This document shows positions 1-9,098 of a stretch of 31,104 bases of DNA, piece after piece; the stretch's first letter is position 1; every line of letters begins with the position of its first letter. The DNA comes from a virus. Taxonomy: Duplodnaviria; Caudoviricetes. The position numbers were made by a program, and so were the translations under genes. The stretch covers positions 1-31,104 of the IMG/VR virus record IMGVR_UViG_3300032301_000205; one strand, written 5' to 3'. The notes under the pieces were generated by a model. The model made no database searches. It saw nothing but the letters and a program-made list of their open reading frames with translations, and had not been told where the DNA came from.

Positions 1-64
1 AAGTACCCGACTGCTCACCAGTCCCGATGAGTTCTATTTTTAGTGCGCTATATGTAGATGCCAT
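1..64 (-). CDS. 5' end of a putative tail/tail-fibre protein (runs off the window)
   Basis: ATG at 64 reads MASTYSALKIELIGTGEQSGT with an open frame to the window edge. It directly follows the 320-aa gene, and this N-terminus is typical of virion proteins in such phages. Confidence 0.6.
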   Translation of the reverse strand, partial: MASTYSALKIELIGTGEQSGT

Positions 65-66
65 GT

Positions 67-1029
67 TTATCCTTGACTATCATCAATTTGGGTCCAACCC
101 GCAGATTGAGTATCATTTATTGCTGTCCAAGTAGATCCCTGAGTATTCTGTATAGCAGCCCAGCTTGCTGTTTGGTTGTCATTAATTTTAAACCAACCTC
201 GTGCAGAAGCAAAGCTTGTTAATACCATAATTTCGCTGATTATACCAATAAACTGGGCTTGAACGACTTGAGAATCCGTTAATCCAACACTTTCACTTAT
301 TGAAGATACAAAAGCTGCATTGGCTGCCTGTACCTCTGTCAGTGTCAATAACTCAGATACCGTGCCAAAGAAGGTAAACGAGGCATCTTCCAAAGCCGTT
401 AAAGTCATACTTTCAGACCTAGAAGCAACAAAAGCCGCTATAACGTCCTGCACGTCTGTAAAGGTCTGAGATTCGCTGACGGATACTGGGTAGTTAACAT
501 TACCTGTCTGAGCGTCCGTAAGTGTCTGTAGCTCAATAATAGAAGCTAGGAACGTTGCTAAACCAGTCTGAACCTCAGTTAAAGTCATGGACTCACTAGT
601 GTCTACTGGATAAGTAGCATTACCAGTCTGGGAGTCTGTTAGTGTCTCGCTCTCTGATACGGATACAGGGTAAGTCGCATTGCCAGTTTGATCATCCGTT
701 AGGGTCTCTGTTTCACTGACGGCTACAAGGAAATTAGCATTTCCTGTCTGTTCATCTGTTAATGTCTCAGTCTCAGATACTGCTACGGCGAAGGTAGCGT
801 TGCCAGTCTGGGCATCAGTAAGGGTCTGAGATTCGTCTATAGAAGCTGAGAAAGCTGCAATGACAGATTGAGCGTCCGTTAAGGTCTGAGATTCTGATAC
901 TGCTCCCGCAAAAGATGCTATTACGCTTTGTGAGTCGGTTAAAGTCTCTATCTCTACAACAGAAACCGCATATGCCGTGCCGCCTAAAGTATCAAACGGA
1001 GCTTGTGAGAACGCTACAATGCCAAACAT
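67..1029 (-). CDS. Acidic 20-aa-repeat protein, putative tail fibre/beta-solenoid virion protein
   Basis: About 12-13 copies of VSESxTLTDxQxxxAxF/Y followed by four 11-aa WxxIxxxQ repeats. Located in the tail region. Confidence 0.65.
   Translation of the reverse strand: MFGIVAFSQAPFDTLGGTAYAVSVVEIETLTDSQSVIASFAGAVSESQTLTDAQSVIAAFSASIDESQTLTDAQTGNATFAVAVSETETLTDEQTGNANFLVAVSETETLTDDQTGNATYPVSVSESETLTDSQTGNATYPVDTSESMTLTEVQTGLATFLASIIELQTLTDAQTGNVNYPVSVSESQTFTDVQDVIAAFVASRSESMTLTALEDASFTFFGTVSELLTLTEVQAANAAFVSSISESVGLTDSQVVQAQFIGIISEIMVLTSFASARGWFKINDNQTASWAAIQNTQGSTWTAINDTQSAGWTQIDDSQG
215..960 (-). repeat. 60-bp-period degenerate coding tandem repeat
   Basis: Units line up vertically in the 60-column print (e.g. 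agggtctctg / aatgtctcag / agggtctgag) and encode the 20-aa repeat. Confidence 0.85.
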
Positions 1030-1533
1030 CTACTGTACCAGCCATCTACTACCACTAGGAATCGTTACGGCAACACCACTAGAAACTGTTACTGGACCAA
1101 CTGAGTTTGCAGAATACCCGCTTGGGATAGAGTAAGAAGTACCAACAGTCATATTGTTAACAAACAAGCCATTGGTTGCCGAAAACTCTGGAGCTGCTGC
1201 AGCATTACCTAGTTCACTATCCCAATAGACCGACTTACCAGCAGGGTAAGTAACAAATACGTCTTTAGTACCAGCGGAGAAGTTAACTAATGAGCCTGAG
1301 TTAGAAGACGCAAGAACAGTGGTTCTAGATAAAGTTGTGCCTGATGATGTGTATGTACCAATGCCTACTTCCCACTCAGACGTGCCCTGTCCTGCTACGG
1401 TGTAGTAGGTCTGATTAGCATTGCCCACAGCAGCAAAAGACTGAAAGCCATCCGAAGCACCTAAGAGCGTGACTGTACCCGTACCAGCCGTAGTGGTAGT
1501 TTCCTTAACACGGTCTTTTAATACCAGAGCCAT
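1030..1533 (-). CDS. Putative tail structural protein
   Basis: MALVLKDRVKETTTT...FSAGTKDVFVTYPA, T/S/G-rich, AAGGAG RBS, structural context. Confidence 0.65.
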   Translation of the reverse strand: MALVLKDRVKETTTTAGTGTVTLLGASDGFQSFAAVGNANQTYYTVAGQGTSEWEVGIGTYTSSGTTLSRTTVLASSNSGSLVNFSAGTKDVFVTYPAGKSVYWDSELGNAAAAPEFSATNGLFVNNMTVGTSYSIPSGYSANSVGPVTVSSGVAVTIPSGSRWLVQ

Positions 1534-1543
1534 TTAAGGCTCC

Positions 1544-2104
1544 TTACGCTGCAGTAGCAGTATAGGTAACGCTCAGTGTATCGCCAGAAGTAACAGTCTT
1601 GGAACCAGCAGTAAAGTCACCAGCTGAGAACAAAGTACCAGTAGTGTTATCTTTAGTTGAGGAACCACCAATGTTAATAAAACAGCCAGCTACAGTACCA
1701 GAAGACGTAATAGCAAAAGTTACTGCTGAAGAAGTAGTCTTAGCACCAGAAGAAGCTGCACTGAAAGTAGGAGTAGGACGGTTACCTGTATAAGCAGGAG
1801 CATTCGTTCCGCCAACTTCTAGCCAACCAGCGTGTGAAGCCTGTGTATCGCCAACAGCCGCTGTACCAGTACCTTTTAAACCCATTACAACAGCACCGCC
1901 AGCAGTATTGCCTAATACGGTATCCATCGTAAAGTTCTTACCAACGGTAGTTACTAAGTTATGGATGTCATCTTTCCACTTTAGCTGACCATTGTTTAAA
2001 CACTCTACGGTGTAATAGCCGTGAATGCTGGTAGCTTCTTTATGGCTTGCGCCACGATTAACAGATGCTTCGCAAACATCCGCTATTTGTACATTATCTT
2101 GCAT
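1544..2104 (-). CDS. Putative tail structural protein
   Basis: T/G/A-rich beta protein with NLVTTVG and GDTLSVTY motifs, AAGGAG RBS. Confidence 0.65.
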   Translation of the reverse strand: MQDNVQIADVCEASVNRGASHKEATSIHGYYTVECLNNGQLKWKDDIHNLVTTVGKNFTMDTVLGNTAGGAVVMGLKGTGTAAVGDTQASHAGWLEVGGTNAPAYTGNRPTPTFSAASSGAKTTSSAVTFAITSSGTVAGCFINIGGSSTKDNTTGTLFSAGDFTAGSKTVTSGDTLSVTYTATAA

Positions 2105-2113
2105 AAAAACTCC

Positions 2114-2539
2114 TTAATTAGAAAAACGAATAATAGCGTTTGCTGCATTCGCTGTAGGGAAGGTGATTGTAAAAGTGCTAGTAGGGGTTTTATCTGCCCC
2201 AAAATTAAGCACTGCAACAGCAGCTCCAGTGGTGCTATTGTAGATTAAAGCCCCTCTGGTCGTAAAGGAAGCTGGACTCCAAGTCACATTGGCAAACGAT
2301 ATATAAGCTGTCAAGTCTTCGGTAGCTGGGGGTATAACGGTTAGCGTCTTTCCGCCCGCTGTATAGCCCGTACCAGTGATTTCGCCAACAGTCGTATATG
2401 CAGTCGTTTCGTAAGATAGATCCGCATTAGCCGTATATAAAGCAATCTTATAAACATAAGGAGTCCCAACGGCAAAGTTTTCCAAGCCGCTTAAGCAGTT
2501 TTTCTTAAAGATGGTGGTTTGACCCTGAGAAATTGTCAT
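2114..2539 (-). CDS. Putative tail structural protein
   Basis: YKIALYT...GTGYTAGG...GALIYN...FTITFP pattern common in phage tail proteins. Overlaps the upstream stop codon. Confidence 0.65.
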   Translation of the reverse strand: MTISQGQTTIFKKNCLSGLENFAVGTPYVYKIALYTANADLSYETTAYTTVGEITGTGYTAGGKTLTVIPPATEDLTAYISFANVTWSPASFTTRGALIYNSTTGAAVAVLNFGADKTPTSTFTITFPTANAANAIIRFSN

Positions 2540-3234
2540 GTGACCACGCTACCTTTAAGGTTTGTATTAAGCTTAGTTTGACCATCACGGTATGCATCGC
2601 CACGCTCTAAGCCATCTCCTAAGCGTTTTAAGAGCGATAGGGCTTCCATATAGCGATCTTTGTAGTAGGTGATCATATCGGTATCAGACTTCATGTAGGC
2701 TGCAGCTTCTAGCAATGAACCATATAGCAATACGGTGTCAAAGTTATCGCCAAGCCAGCTTGTGCCAGAGGTAACGATAGACTCTGGATAGTAGAAATAA
2801 TGCAGTTCTACGGTATAGGAGCTATTGGGAGTGGGTCCAATAATAAAACTTAGCTCATTTGGATAGGTATATTGCGGTCCAAATAATGCATAGTAATAAG
2901 GAGAACCAGTATCTGCTGGGGTCGGATATGCTTCACGAATGAAGTTAACGTCTTTATTTAACAAATAAAAGTAAGTCTCAGTAGCCGTACCAGGATTGGT
3001 TATAACGGCTAAAGAGTATGTAGCCAAATAATCATTTGGGGCTGACAAGTACTTATTGCCAGCGGTCAAAGATCCAGTTACATTCTTGCGTAATGAAGGA
3101 ATCTGAACGCTGTTATAGATACGCTGCTCTGCCTGTTTAACAAACACAGGGATATTCTCTACGAAACCACCAGTACCAGTGTCGTAGTTTTCAGAATAGG
3201 CTTCAATAGCCGCAACAAGTTCAGAATAATTCAT
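2536..3234 (-). CDS. Head-tail adaptor / tail tubular-type protein
   Basis: MNYSEL...FVKQAEQRIY...GPTPN..YTVELHY...LLYGSLLEA is an adaptor-like signature. Confidence 0.6.
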   Translation of the reverse strand: MNYSELVAAIEAYSENYDTGTGGFVENIPVFVKQAEQRIYNSVQIPSLRKNVTGSLTAGNKYLSAPNDYLATYSLAVITNPGTATETYFYLLNKDVNFIREAYPTPADTGSPYYYALFGPQYTYPNELSFIIGPTPNSSYTVELHYFYYPESIVTSGTSWLGDNFDTVLLYGSLLEAAAYMKSDTDMITYYKDRYMEALSLLKRLGDGLERGDAYRDGQTKLNTNLKGSVVT

Positions 3235-3246
3235 TAGGGTTAACCC

Positions 3247-3528
3247 TTAAGCCATCGGTCCACGAGAAGTAAAACCTTTGGTTGCAGCGCCAGATCCACG
3301 TTGCTTGATGCCGTCTGTCTTTACATCATCACGATTTGGATCGCCAGCACTTACACGCATAGCACCACTCTTAGGGGTGACTTCACGAGCTGACAATGTG
3401 TTTGGATCACGCATTACTGTACTTGGTTCTTTAGCATTCACGGCTTTACCCTTCATATCATGCGGCTTGGCATAGGTTTTGGCATCGCCAACTTCCTTGC
3501 CCATCATTTTTTTGCTGAATGTAGCCAT
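3247..3528 (-). CDS. Small basic hypothetical protein
   Basis: K/G/M-rich, C-terminal RGSGAATKG..SRGPMA, in operon context. Confidence 0.7.
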   Translation of the reverse strand: MATFSKKMMGKEVGDAKTYAKPHDMKGKAVNAKEPSTVMRDPNTLSAREVTPKSGAMRVSAGDPNRDDVKTDGIKQRGSGAATKGFTSRGPMA

Positions 3529-3530
3529 GA

Positions 3531-3728
3531 TTAACGACCTCTTCCAGCCGATTTTTGTAACATAGCACGAGCCATGTTGCGACCGACTTGTTTCATTTTC
3601 ATGGAAGTAACGCCAGCAGAAGCTGTTCCGCCCTTATTACCCATGACCTTTGGACCGCTGTCACCAAGGTTCTTACCATCGGTTTTACCTTGTTTAGCGA
3701 TTCCGTCTGCTGATTTCTTGAATCCCAT
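3531..3728 (-). CDS. Small basic hypothetical protein with ADGxAxxGKT motif
   Basis: ADGIAKQGKTDG is shared with three genes at 5600-6765. AGGAG RBS. Confidence 0.7.
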   Translation of the reverse strand: MGFKKSADGIAKQGKTDGKNLGDSGPKVMGNKGGTASAGVTSMKMKQVGRNMARAMLQKSAGRGR

Positions 3729-3737
3729 TTTCTACTC

Positions 3738-4163
3738 CTAAGTTGATGTTGTTACTGTACCCGTTTGCCCAATTGCAATCAAGTAATTTGGCGTTAAAAC
3801 CGTATCAAAACTACTTGCTCCACCAACGGGACTCCAGCCCCATTGAATTACTCTACTACCATCACTTTGATACCCATTCTCTTCAACGCTGTTATTAGTG
3901 CCAGCTTGAATTTGCAATCCACTCACACCAGATGCTAAATAGCTTGTATCTGGTCTTGGTTCCCTAACCGCTTGAGGATCATCTACTGGATACATACCCA
4001 GTGATAACTGCGGTTGATCTGGATTCCAGCACTCAGGACAAGCCTTAATGTTCTTTATCTGCTGCTTAACTACCAGCTTTCTTAATTCTTTCAGTTTGTA
4101 CCGTTGCCCGCAAATATCGCATTCCGCAATTGAGTACTTACCACTACTAAATTTGTTAGACAT
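3738..4163 (-). CDS. Zn-binding (CxxC...CxxC) hypothetical virion-module protein
   Basis: CDIC...CPEC followed by DPQAVREPRPD. Confidence 0.65.
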   Translation of the reverse strand: MSNKFSSGKYSIAECDICGQRYKLKELRKLVVKQQIKNIKACPECWNPDQPQLSLGMYPVDDPQAVREPRPDTSYLASGVSGLQIQAGTNNSVEENGYQSDGSRVIQWGWSPVGGASSFDTVLTPNYLIAIGQTGTVTTST

Positions 4164-4165
4164 GA

Positions 4166-5089
4166 TTAACTATAAAACAAGGTTCTAGGTACAAAGCGCA
4201 CAGCTGCCTTTTCCCTATCTTCTGTAGATGCCATTGCCCATTGTTCTTCGTATTCAGATTTTAAAAACGATAATCTTGGTTGTGCTTCTGCAATCTTTTG
4301 ACCCATATAGAAGGCTAATCCAGCCACTAGGCAAGGCAACAAACGGAAAGGAATGTCCTGCTCAGTCGTACCGTTTCCAGCGTCTTGTAGACGGCGTAAA
4401 CGCCAGTAAACAAAGGTGTATGGAGCACCACCAGCATCAGGTGCGGGCCAGACGTTTATCGAATTCAAGTTCTGGACCGCAACAGCAGCACCAATTGCAT
4501 GGGAAGTAGCGGTTGTACCGTTCTGACCACGATAGCAATTTGTTAAAGTATTGCCTATTACGTTTGCATAACCAATGGTTTCATTACCAATCTTGACAAA
4601 CCCACCACTAGCTAGCTGACTGGAATCATCTACGGTAATTGAGGTGTCTGTAGAATTAATAGCGGCAGTCAATACGACTGAAGTGGTGTTTGTTTGTGCG
4701 CTTTGACGATTGATCCAAACCTGAATTGGTCTACCAGTAGTCAGCTTGTTGGGAATAGTTGAGTAGGTAGACTCAGAAATGCGAGTGATATTGATGTCAA
4801 TCTGGTTGCTAGGTGAACCATTGTTCTGCCTAACCACTGTATCCAACAGATCAATTGTGTCGTTCGGTATAGGATATAACGTTTGTCCAGTTACAAGGTT
4901 GACTTGACCTTGTTCAATAGTCCAAAGGTTAATACCTCTATTTGCCCACTCAATGGTTAGCAAGTTTAAACTTCTACGTGCTGTACGCAAGTCATATCCA
5001 GAGCGCAGCTGTGAACCACAACGCTCAAAAGCCTCTTCTACGAGGTTATTGAGATCTAAATTAAAAGCTGTGGTTCCTGATGTGCTCAT
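4166..5089 (-). CDS. Tail tubular/adaptor-type structural protein with an inserted beta domain
   Basis: ARRSLNLLTIEWANRGINLW N-terminus and VAGLAFY C-terminus, with a T-rich insert (RGQNGTTATSH). Confidence 0.6.
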   Translation of the reverse strand: MSTSGTTAFNLDLNNLVEEAFERCGSQLRSGYDLRTARRSLNLLTIEWANRGINLWTIEQGQVNLVTGQTLYPIPNDTIDLLDTVVRQNNGSPSNQIDINITRISESTYSTIPNKLTTGRPIQVWINRQSAQTNTTSVVLTAAINSTDTSITVDDSSQLASGGFVKIGNETIGYANVIGNTLTNCYRGQNGTTATSHAIGAAVAVQNLNSINVWPAPDAGGAPYTFVYWRLRRLQDAGNGTTEQDIPFRLLPCLVAGLAFYMGQKIAEAQPRLSFLKSEYEEQWAMASTEDREKAAVRFVPRTLFYS

Positions 5090-5334
5090 ATCTTCCTAAA
5101 CGGCTTTACTTTTTCTTTGACTTTTTTTGGCTGGGGGACGAACTGCTTTCCCGCTGCTTTCCCCGCTCGCTTTGCTTTTGTTGTTGCTGCGTACTCCTGC
5201 GGGCTTAACGCTTGTATTGCTTTTTTTGGCAAGTATCGCTCGCCTGTTTCGGACGACTTTTTTCCCGACTTGGTTGTCCACTTTTGGTCGCCCCAAGCTT
5301 TTAAAGAACGTTGCGATTTTGCCAATCCACTCAT
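5086..5334 (-). CDS. Small basic hypothetical protein
   Basis: QRSLKAWGDQKWTTKSGK...ERYLP, very Lys-rich, ATGA coupling at both ends. Confidence 0.7.
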   Translation of the reverse strand: MSGLAKSQRSLKAWGDQKWTTKSGKKSSETGERYLPKKAIQALSPQEYAATTKAKRAGKAAGKQFVPQPKKVKEKVKPFRKI

Positions 5335-5603
5335 TTATATCCACCACCAGCCGCCTTATATTTTTTAGCTACTAATTGGGCTTTACGAGCCGACCACTGA
5401 CCTGCGCCAGTACCATGTGTTGCAGCAGCTTTAACCTGAGAAACAATCCTTTTACGCAAGCTAGGCTTGGTGTAGTTACCAGCAGCATTTACTTTTCCGC
5501 CCTCTTTAAACTGGGTGAAGTCAGTATCATCCCTGCGTGGCTTCTTCTTGCCAGTAGGCATCTTAGAAGGGGCTATTGCGCCCATGCCACGAGAGGATCT
5601 CAT
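5331..5603 (-). CDS. Small basic hypothetical protein (start moved to MRSSRG)
   Basis: ATG at 5603 overlaps the upstream stop. Contains FKEGG and QWSARKAQ. Confidence 0.7.
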   Translation of the reverse strand: MRSSRGMGAIAPSKMPTGKKKPRRDDTDFTQFKEGGKVNAAGNYTKPSLRKRIVSQVKAAATHGTGAGQWSARKAQLVAKKYKAAGGGYK

Positions 5604-5941
5604 GCTCTTGTCTTTCCACGAATAGCGCATCCATCTGCACGTTTAGAAGCAGATTTAGACTTTTTGACAGAGCCGCCTTTTTTATAATTCCCACCATCCA
5701 GTGGTCCGCTGCCATAAGTTAATCCACCGCCTGTTTCGCCCAATTCATTTTTAATATTCTGTAAAGAGCTTCTTACTTGACCTGCGCCTTGATCAATATT
5801 TTTTAAACCGCCATATGCACCGCCGCCGCCCATTGGGTTGGCAGGAGTTACGCCCGTTGGATAATTTGGAGCTATGGTTAGGGCATTTGGTGTAAACAAA
5901 CCATTTAAACCACCAACAGCAAATTTTTTAACTTTTTTCAT
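5600..5941 (-). CDS. Small Gly/Lys-rich protein with xKxGG and RADGCA motifs
   Basis: FAVGG, YKKGG and ASKRADGCAIRGKTRA. Confidence 0.7.
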   Translation of the reverse strand: MKKVKKFAVGGLNGLFTPNALTIAPNYPTGVTPANPMGGGGAYGGLKNIDQGAGQVRSSLQNIKNELGETGGGLTYGSGPLDGGNYKKGGSVKKSKSASKRADGCAIRGKTRA

Positions 5942-5943
5942 TT

Positions 5944-6429
5944 TTAAGCACCTTTCATCTTAATCATTGTGCCCCTGGTTTTACCTTTAGTAGCACAGCC
6001 ATCAGCACGTTTGGAGGCAGATACTGAACCACCAGACTTCATATTCTTGGATGAAAACGCTTTCTCAACCATTGCTATGCGTTGAGGCTTGGTAGTAACT
6101 TTACTAACAATTGCTTGACGCTCTGACTTAGTTTTATTCTTGTCATAAAATCCAGCTTTTTGCATATCTGCTTTAGATACGCTACCGCCTTTTTTCATAC
6201 CTTTTGCGCCCAATGCTTCAAGCATAGTTTGTGCGTTTCTATTCCTAGGACGAGCCATCTCACCACCAGATACAACGTCACCCATAGGGTTTACCATAGG
6301 AATGTTTTGCTCGGTAGTTCCAAACATCTGGTAATCACGCTTGGCTTCTTGCTCAATGCCACGCTCACGATTGCCTTTTTCGTAAGCCTTACGTTTAACC
6401 TTTTCAGCACCAGTCTCAGTAAATGGCAT
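5944..6429 (-). CDS. Basic protein with xKxGG and RADGCA motifs
   Basis: MKKGG, MKSGG and ASKRADGCATKGKTRG. Confidence 0.7.
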   Translation of the reverse strand: MPFTETGAEKVKRKAYEKGNRERGIEQEAKRDYQMFGTTEQNIPMVNPMGDVVSGGEMARPRNRNAQTMLEALGAKGMKKGGSVSKADMQKAGFYDKNKTKSERQAIVSKVTTKPQRIAMVEKAFSSKNMKSGGSVSASKRADGCATKGKTRGTMIKMKGA

Positions 6430-6432
6430 GAT

Positions 6433-6765
6433 TTAGCACATCCCGCCAGATTTCATCTTGACCATTTTGCCTTTTGTATGACCCTTCATAACGCATCCGT
6501 CTGCACGGGTTACGCCGCCTTTAGCCATTTTATGCATTGATTTTTCGTGGGCTTTAACTGCTTGCTTAGCCACTTTCTTCATCATTGGCATATCTTCTTT
6601 GATGTCTGAATGTTTCATAATTCCACCTTGTTTAAACGTTTTGCCTTTGTCGGCTTTAAGAAATTCCTCCCCAACGGAGGACTTAATACCAACCTTTTTG
6701 GCAAAGGATGGATTTTTGGCAATTGCTGCCATAAAATTGTGTTGCTTTTTGGACACGCTAGGCAT
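6433..6765 (-). CDS. Basic protein with xKxGG and RADGC motifs (start MPSVSKK)
   Basis: ATG at 6765 is coupled to the upstream TAA. Contains FKQGG, MAKGG, MKSGG and RADGCVMKGHTKG. Confidence 0.7.
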   Translation of the reverse strand: MPSVSKKQHNFMAAIAKNPSFAKKVGIKSSVGEEFLKADKGKTFKQGGIMKHSDIKEDMPMMKKVAKQAVKAHEKSMHKMAKGGVTRADGCVMKGHTKGKMVKMKSGGMC

Positions 6766-7010
6766 TATTTGTGCCCCCAATATCCAGCAATAAAACCAGC
6801 TATTCCAGTTACAACGCTTACAAAGCCACCAATAGCTGCCAATGTTTTCCAGCCGCCCTTGGCTTCAGACAAAGTCTTCTCAATGCTTTGAATGGCTGTT
6901 TTAATTTCAGACATCTCCTGCACCAACTTATCCATATCAGCCTGTAAATGTTGAATATCGTTAGCATGGGTAGCTAACTCTCTAGCGGTTTCAATTGTTA
7001 TGTCGTTCAT
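6765..7010 (-). CDS. Coiled-coil protein with a C-terminal TM helix (possible holin/XhlA-like)
   Basis: Heptad-rich segment followed by hydrophobic TLAAIGGFVSVVTGIAGFIAGYW. Start taken at MNDIT. Confidence 0.55.
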   Translation of the reverse strand: MNDITIETARELATHANDIQHLQADMDKLVQEMSEIKTAIQSIEKTLSEAKGGWKTLAAIGGFVSVVTGIAGFIAGYWGHK

Positions 7011-7011
7011 T

Positions 7012-7272
7012 TTAACATTTCCATCTAGCAAGGCTTGCAGCTTTTCGAGTTGGTCTGCCCTTTTCATCTTTCATCGGTCCAGGCATACCTGACATACGGG
7101 CACAGAAAGATTTCTTCCTTGCTCCGCCTTCTGGTTGTGGGGCTTTTAAATTGCTGCCTGTTGCTGCATTGTATTTCGCTCTTCCTTTGGCAGTAAGACC
7201 AGCACCTTTAGAGACGGGTAATTTTTCACCACGACCTACAGCTAGAGAGGGAGTCTTTTTCTTGGTAGCCAT
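7012..7272 (-). CDS. Small basic conserved phage protein
   Basis: GLTAKGRAKY...RKKSFCARM...RWKC, TAATG coupling. Confidence 0.7.
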   Translation of the reverse strand: MATKKKTPSLAVGRGEKLPVSKGAGLTAKGRAKYNAATGSNLKAPQPEGGARKKSFCARMSGMPGPMKDEKGRPTRKAASLARWKC

Positions 7273-8030
7273 TATGCGGCTTCCTTTTTAGAGTCTACGG
7301 GACGAATCAGTGGGTATAAAAACTCTTCGCCGAAAGATCCTTCAAACTCATGAACGCCCATGTGACCTAGCTTGATAGTAGGATCAATCCATACCTCAAA
7401 GCCTTGTTCACGAGCACGGTCACAGAATAGATAATCTTCACCGATGTACTGTCCATCTTTTAACTCAAAGTCAAAGAAGCAGATAGTTGTATCGCCTTCT
7501 TTCTTTTCATCGTGGTAAACCCACTCTGGATGAGCTTCAGCAAGCTTTACAAACACTTCTTTGCGAATCATCATGAAGGCTGTAGCTACACGCTTGGCTT
7601 TTACTAGACCCATTTTATCCATCAGGATACTTTGATCATCGTCTGTATCTAGAGTAGAGAAATAGACCTGACCTTTTTTGCGAGCTACAGGAATGCCAGC
7701 AACAATGCCTTTTTTAGGGTCACTGTTCCACGCCAATAAACGGAAGATGTCTTCAGCTTCAAAGTTGATGTCTGAATCAATAAACATTAAATCAGTACAG
7801 TCTGAATTTAAAAAATTCGTTGCAATCAGATTGCGAACACGAGATACAACAGAACATCCAGAGATATTGCAAACTTCAATATCTACGCCGTGCTTGGTTG
7901 CTTGTACACAAAAAGAAGCCAGCGAAATCGCCAGCTTAGAAGATACTTTGTAATCGTAGGAGGGAAGACCAATCATAACCTTCCGACCTACTAGATTAAA
8001 AGAACCCTCTGTCTTGATTGGCTCTGACAT
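7272..8030 (-). CDS. Glycosyltransferase-like protein (GT-A/GT2-like fold)
   Basis: RNLIA...LMFIDSD (DxD), GEDYLFC and KLGH motifs. Confidence 0.7.
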   Translation of the reverse strand: MSEPIKTEGSFNLVGRKVMIGLPSYDYKVSSKLAISLASFCVQATKHGVDIEVCNISGCSVVSRVRNLIATNFLNSDCTDLMFIDSDINFEAEDIFRLLAWNSDPKKGIVAGIPVARKKGQVYFSTLDTDDDQSILMDKMGLVKAKRVATAFMMIRKEVFVKLAEAHPEWVYHDEKKEGDTTICFFDFELKDGQYIGEDYLFCDRAREQGFEVWIDPTIKLGHMGVHEFEGSFGEEFLYPLIRPVDSKKEAA

Positions 8031-8033
8031 TTT

Positions 8034-8543
8034 TTATCCGTAGTAAATATTTGCTGCGGTTAGGTTGGTTATATAGCCATATACGCCAGTATCGGCTCTT
8101 ACGCCTTCACCAGGAATAACTGGGGAATTGTTGTATGAGTCGCCAGCGGCTATATCATATGTCATCAACCATTTGCCAGTTGAATATACAAGCGTTGGTG
8201 AGGCAGTAATAGTACCGCTATTAATATCGGTTATGGTAAAGGAGTTTGCGTTTACAACAGTAATGGCATAGTTACCATTAGTAGCTGTTCCGCCTGTTCC
8301 TGCAGCAAAATCAATACCAATAACTTGCCCATTTGCCAATCCATGAGAAGTTTGAGCTATCGTAACAGTAGTTCCAGAACGACCATAAGTAGCCGTAGTT
8401 ACTGGGGCTGTAAGCGTATCAAATACAATTAATTGACCTGCAGTTGCAGTTCCAGTCAATGAAAGACCTTTAACACGAGTTGGTCCAACAACAAAAATAC
8501 CACTGCCGTTTAAATGCGCCTGTTTTACATCATATTGCATCAT
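8034..8543 (-). CDS. Virion structural protein (T/G-rich)
   Basis: Capsid-proximal, AGGAG RBS, with an inserted TVTIAQTSHGL...NSFTIT beta module. Confidence 0.6.
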   Translation of the reverse strand: MMQYDVKQAHLNGSGIFVVGPTRVKGLSLTGTATAGQLIVFDTLTAPVTTATYGRSGTTVTIAQTSHGLANGQVIGIDFAAGTGGTATNGNYAITVVNANSFTITDINSGTITASPTLVYSTGKWLMTYDIAAGDSYNNSPVIPGEGVRADTGVYGYITNLTAANIYYG

Positions 8544-8567
8544 AATTAATCTCCTAAGATGTTAAGT

Positions 8568-8590
8568 GGACTAGGGAAAACCCCTAGCCC
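8568..8590 (-). other. Intergenic stem-loop (processing/stability hairpin or weak terminator)
   Basis: CTAGGG(8571-8576)/CCCTAG(8582-8587) inverted repeat with no long U-tract. Confidence 0.45.
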
Positions 8591-8596
8591 GCCAGA

Positions 8597-9085
8597 TTAA
8601 TTATTAAATGTAGTTTGGAACTGACCGCCATCAGTATTACGTACTACGTACTGACAAGTAACGGTAGCTGTACCGCCAGATGCTGTACCCGCACAAGCGT
8701 AAGTAACTGTAAGCGGTAAGTCCGCTGTACCAATATTGACAAAAGTAGCAATATTTGCGTCAGTAATAGTAAATGTTTGACGACCAACTGCTAGAGGAGT
8801 AGTAGTAGCGCCACCAACAGTACCTAGAATCGTGCTTCCTGCACGAATAGTAATGGTGTTGCCAGTAGTACCAGCATAAGCGGTAGTAACGTCAACATAA
8901 ATAGCTAAAATTTGTGATCCTGCTGGAATCCAAAATTCTGTAGAAGCGGTAGTGTCAGCAACGGTGGTAACTCCAGACTGAGCAACAACGGTGCAACCTG
9001 TGTTACGAACTGTGCCAGCAGTAGTGCCAGTAGTGTTTTTAACGGTCCCTAGTAACCAGGGACCTAAGTGAGTAGCGAAACCCAT
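8597..9085 (-). CDS. Putative capsid decoration/minor virion protein
   Basis: T/G/A-rich, immediately downstream of the MCP, AAGGAG RBS. Confidence 0.6.
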   Translation of the reverse strand: MGFATHLGPWLLGTVKNTTGTTAGTVRNTGCTVVAQSGVTTVADTTASTEFWIPAGSQILAIYVDVTTAYAGTTGNTITIRAGSTILGTVGGATTTPLAVGRQTFTITDANIATFVNIGTADLPLTVTYACAGTASGGTATVTCQYVVRNTDGGQFQTTFNN

Positions 9086-9098
9086 AGTAATGCTCCTT

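Noticed and set aside
215-960. 60-bp periodic repeats as a CRISPR array
   Set aside because: The units are degenerate at third codon positions, in frame within a CDS, and lack unique spacers.
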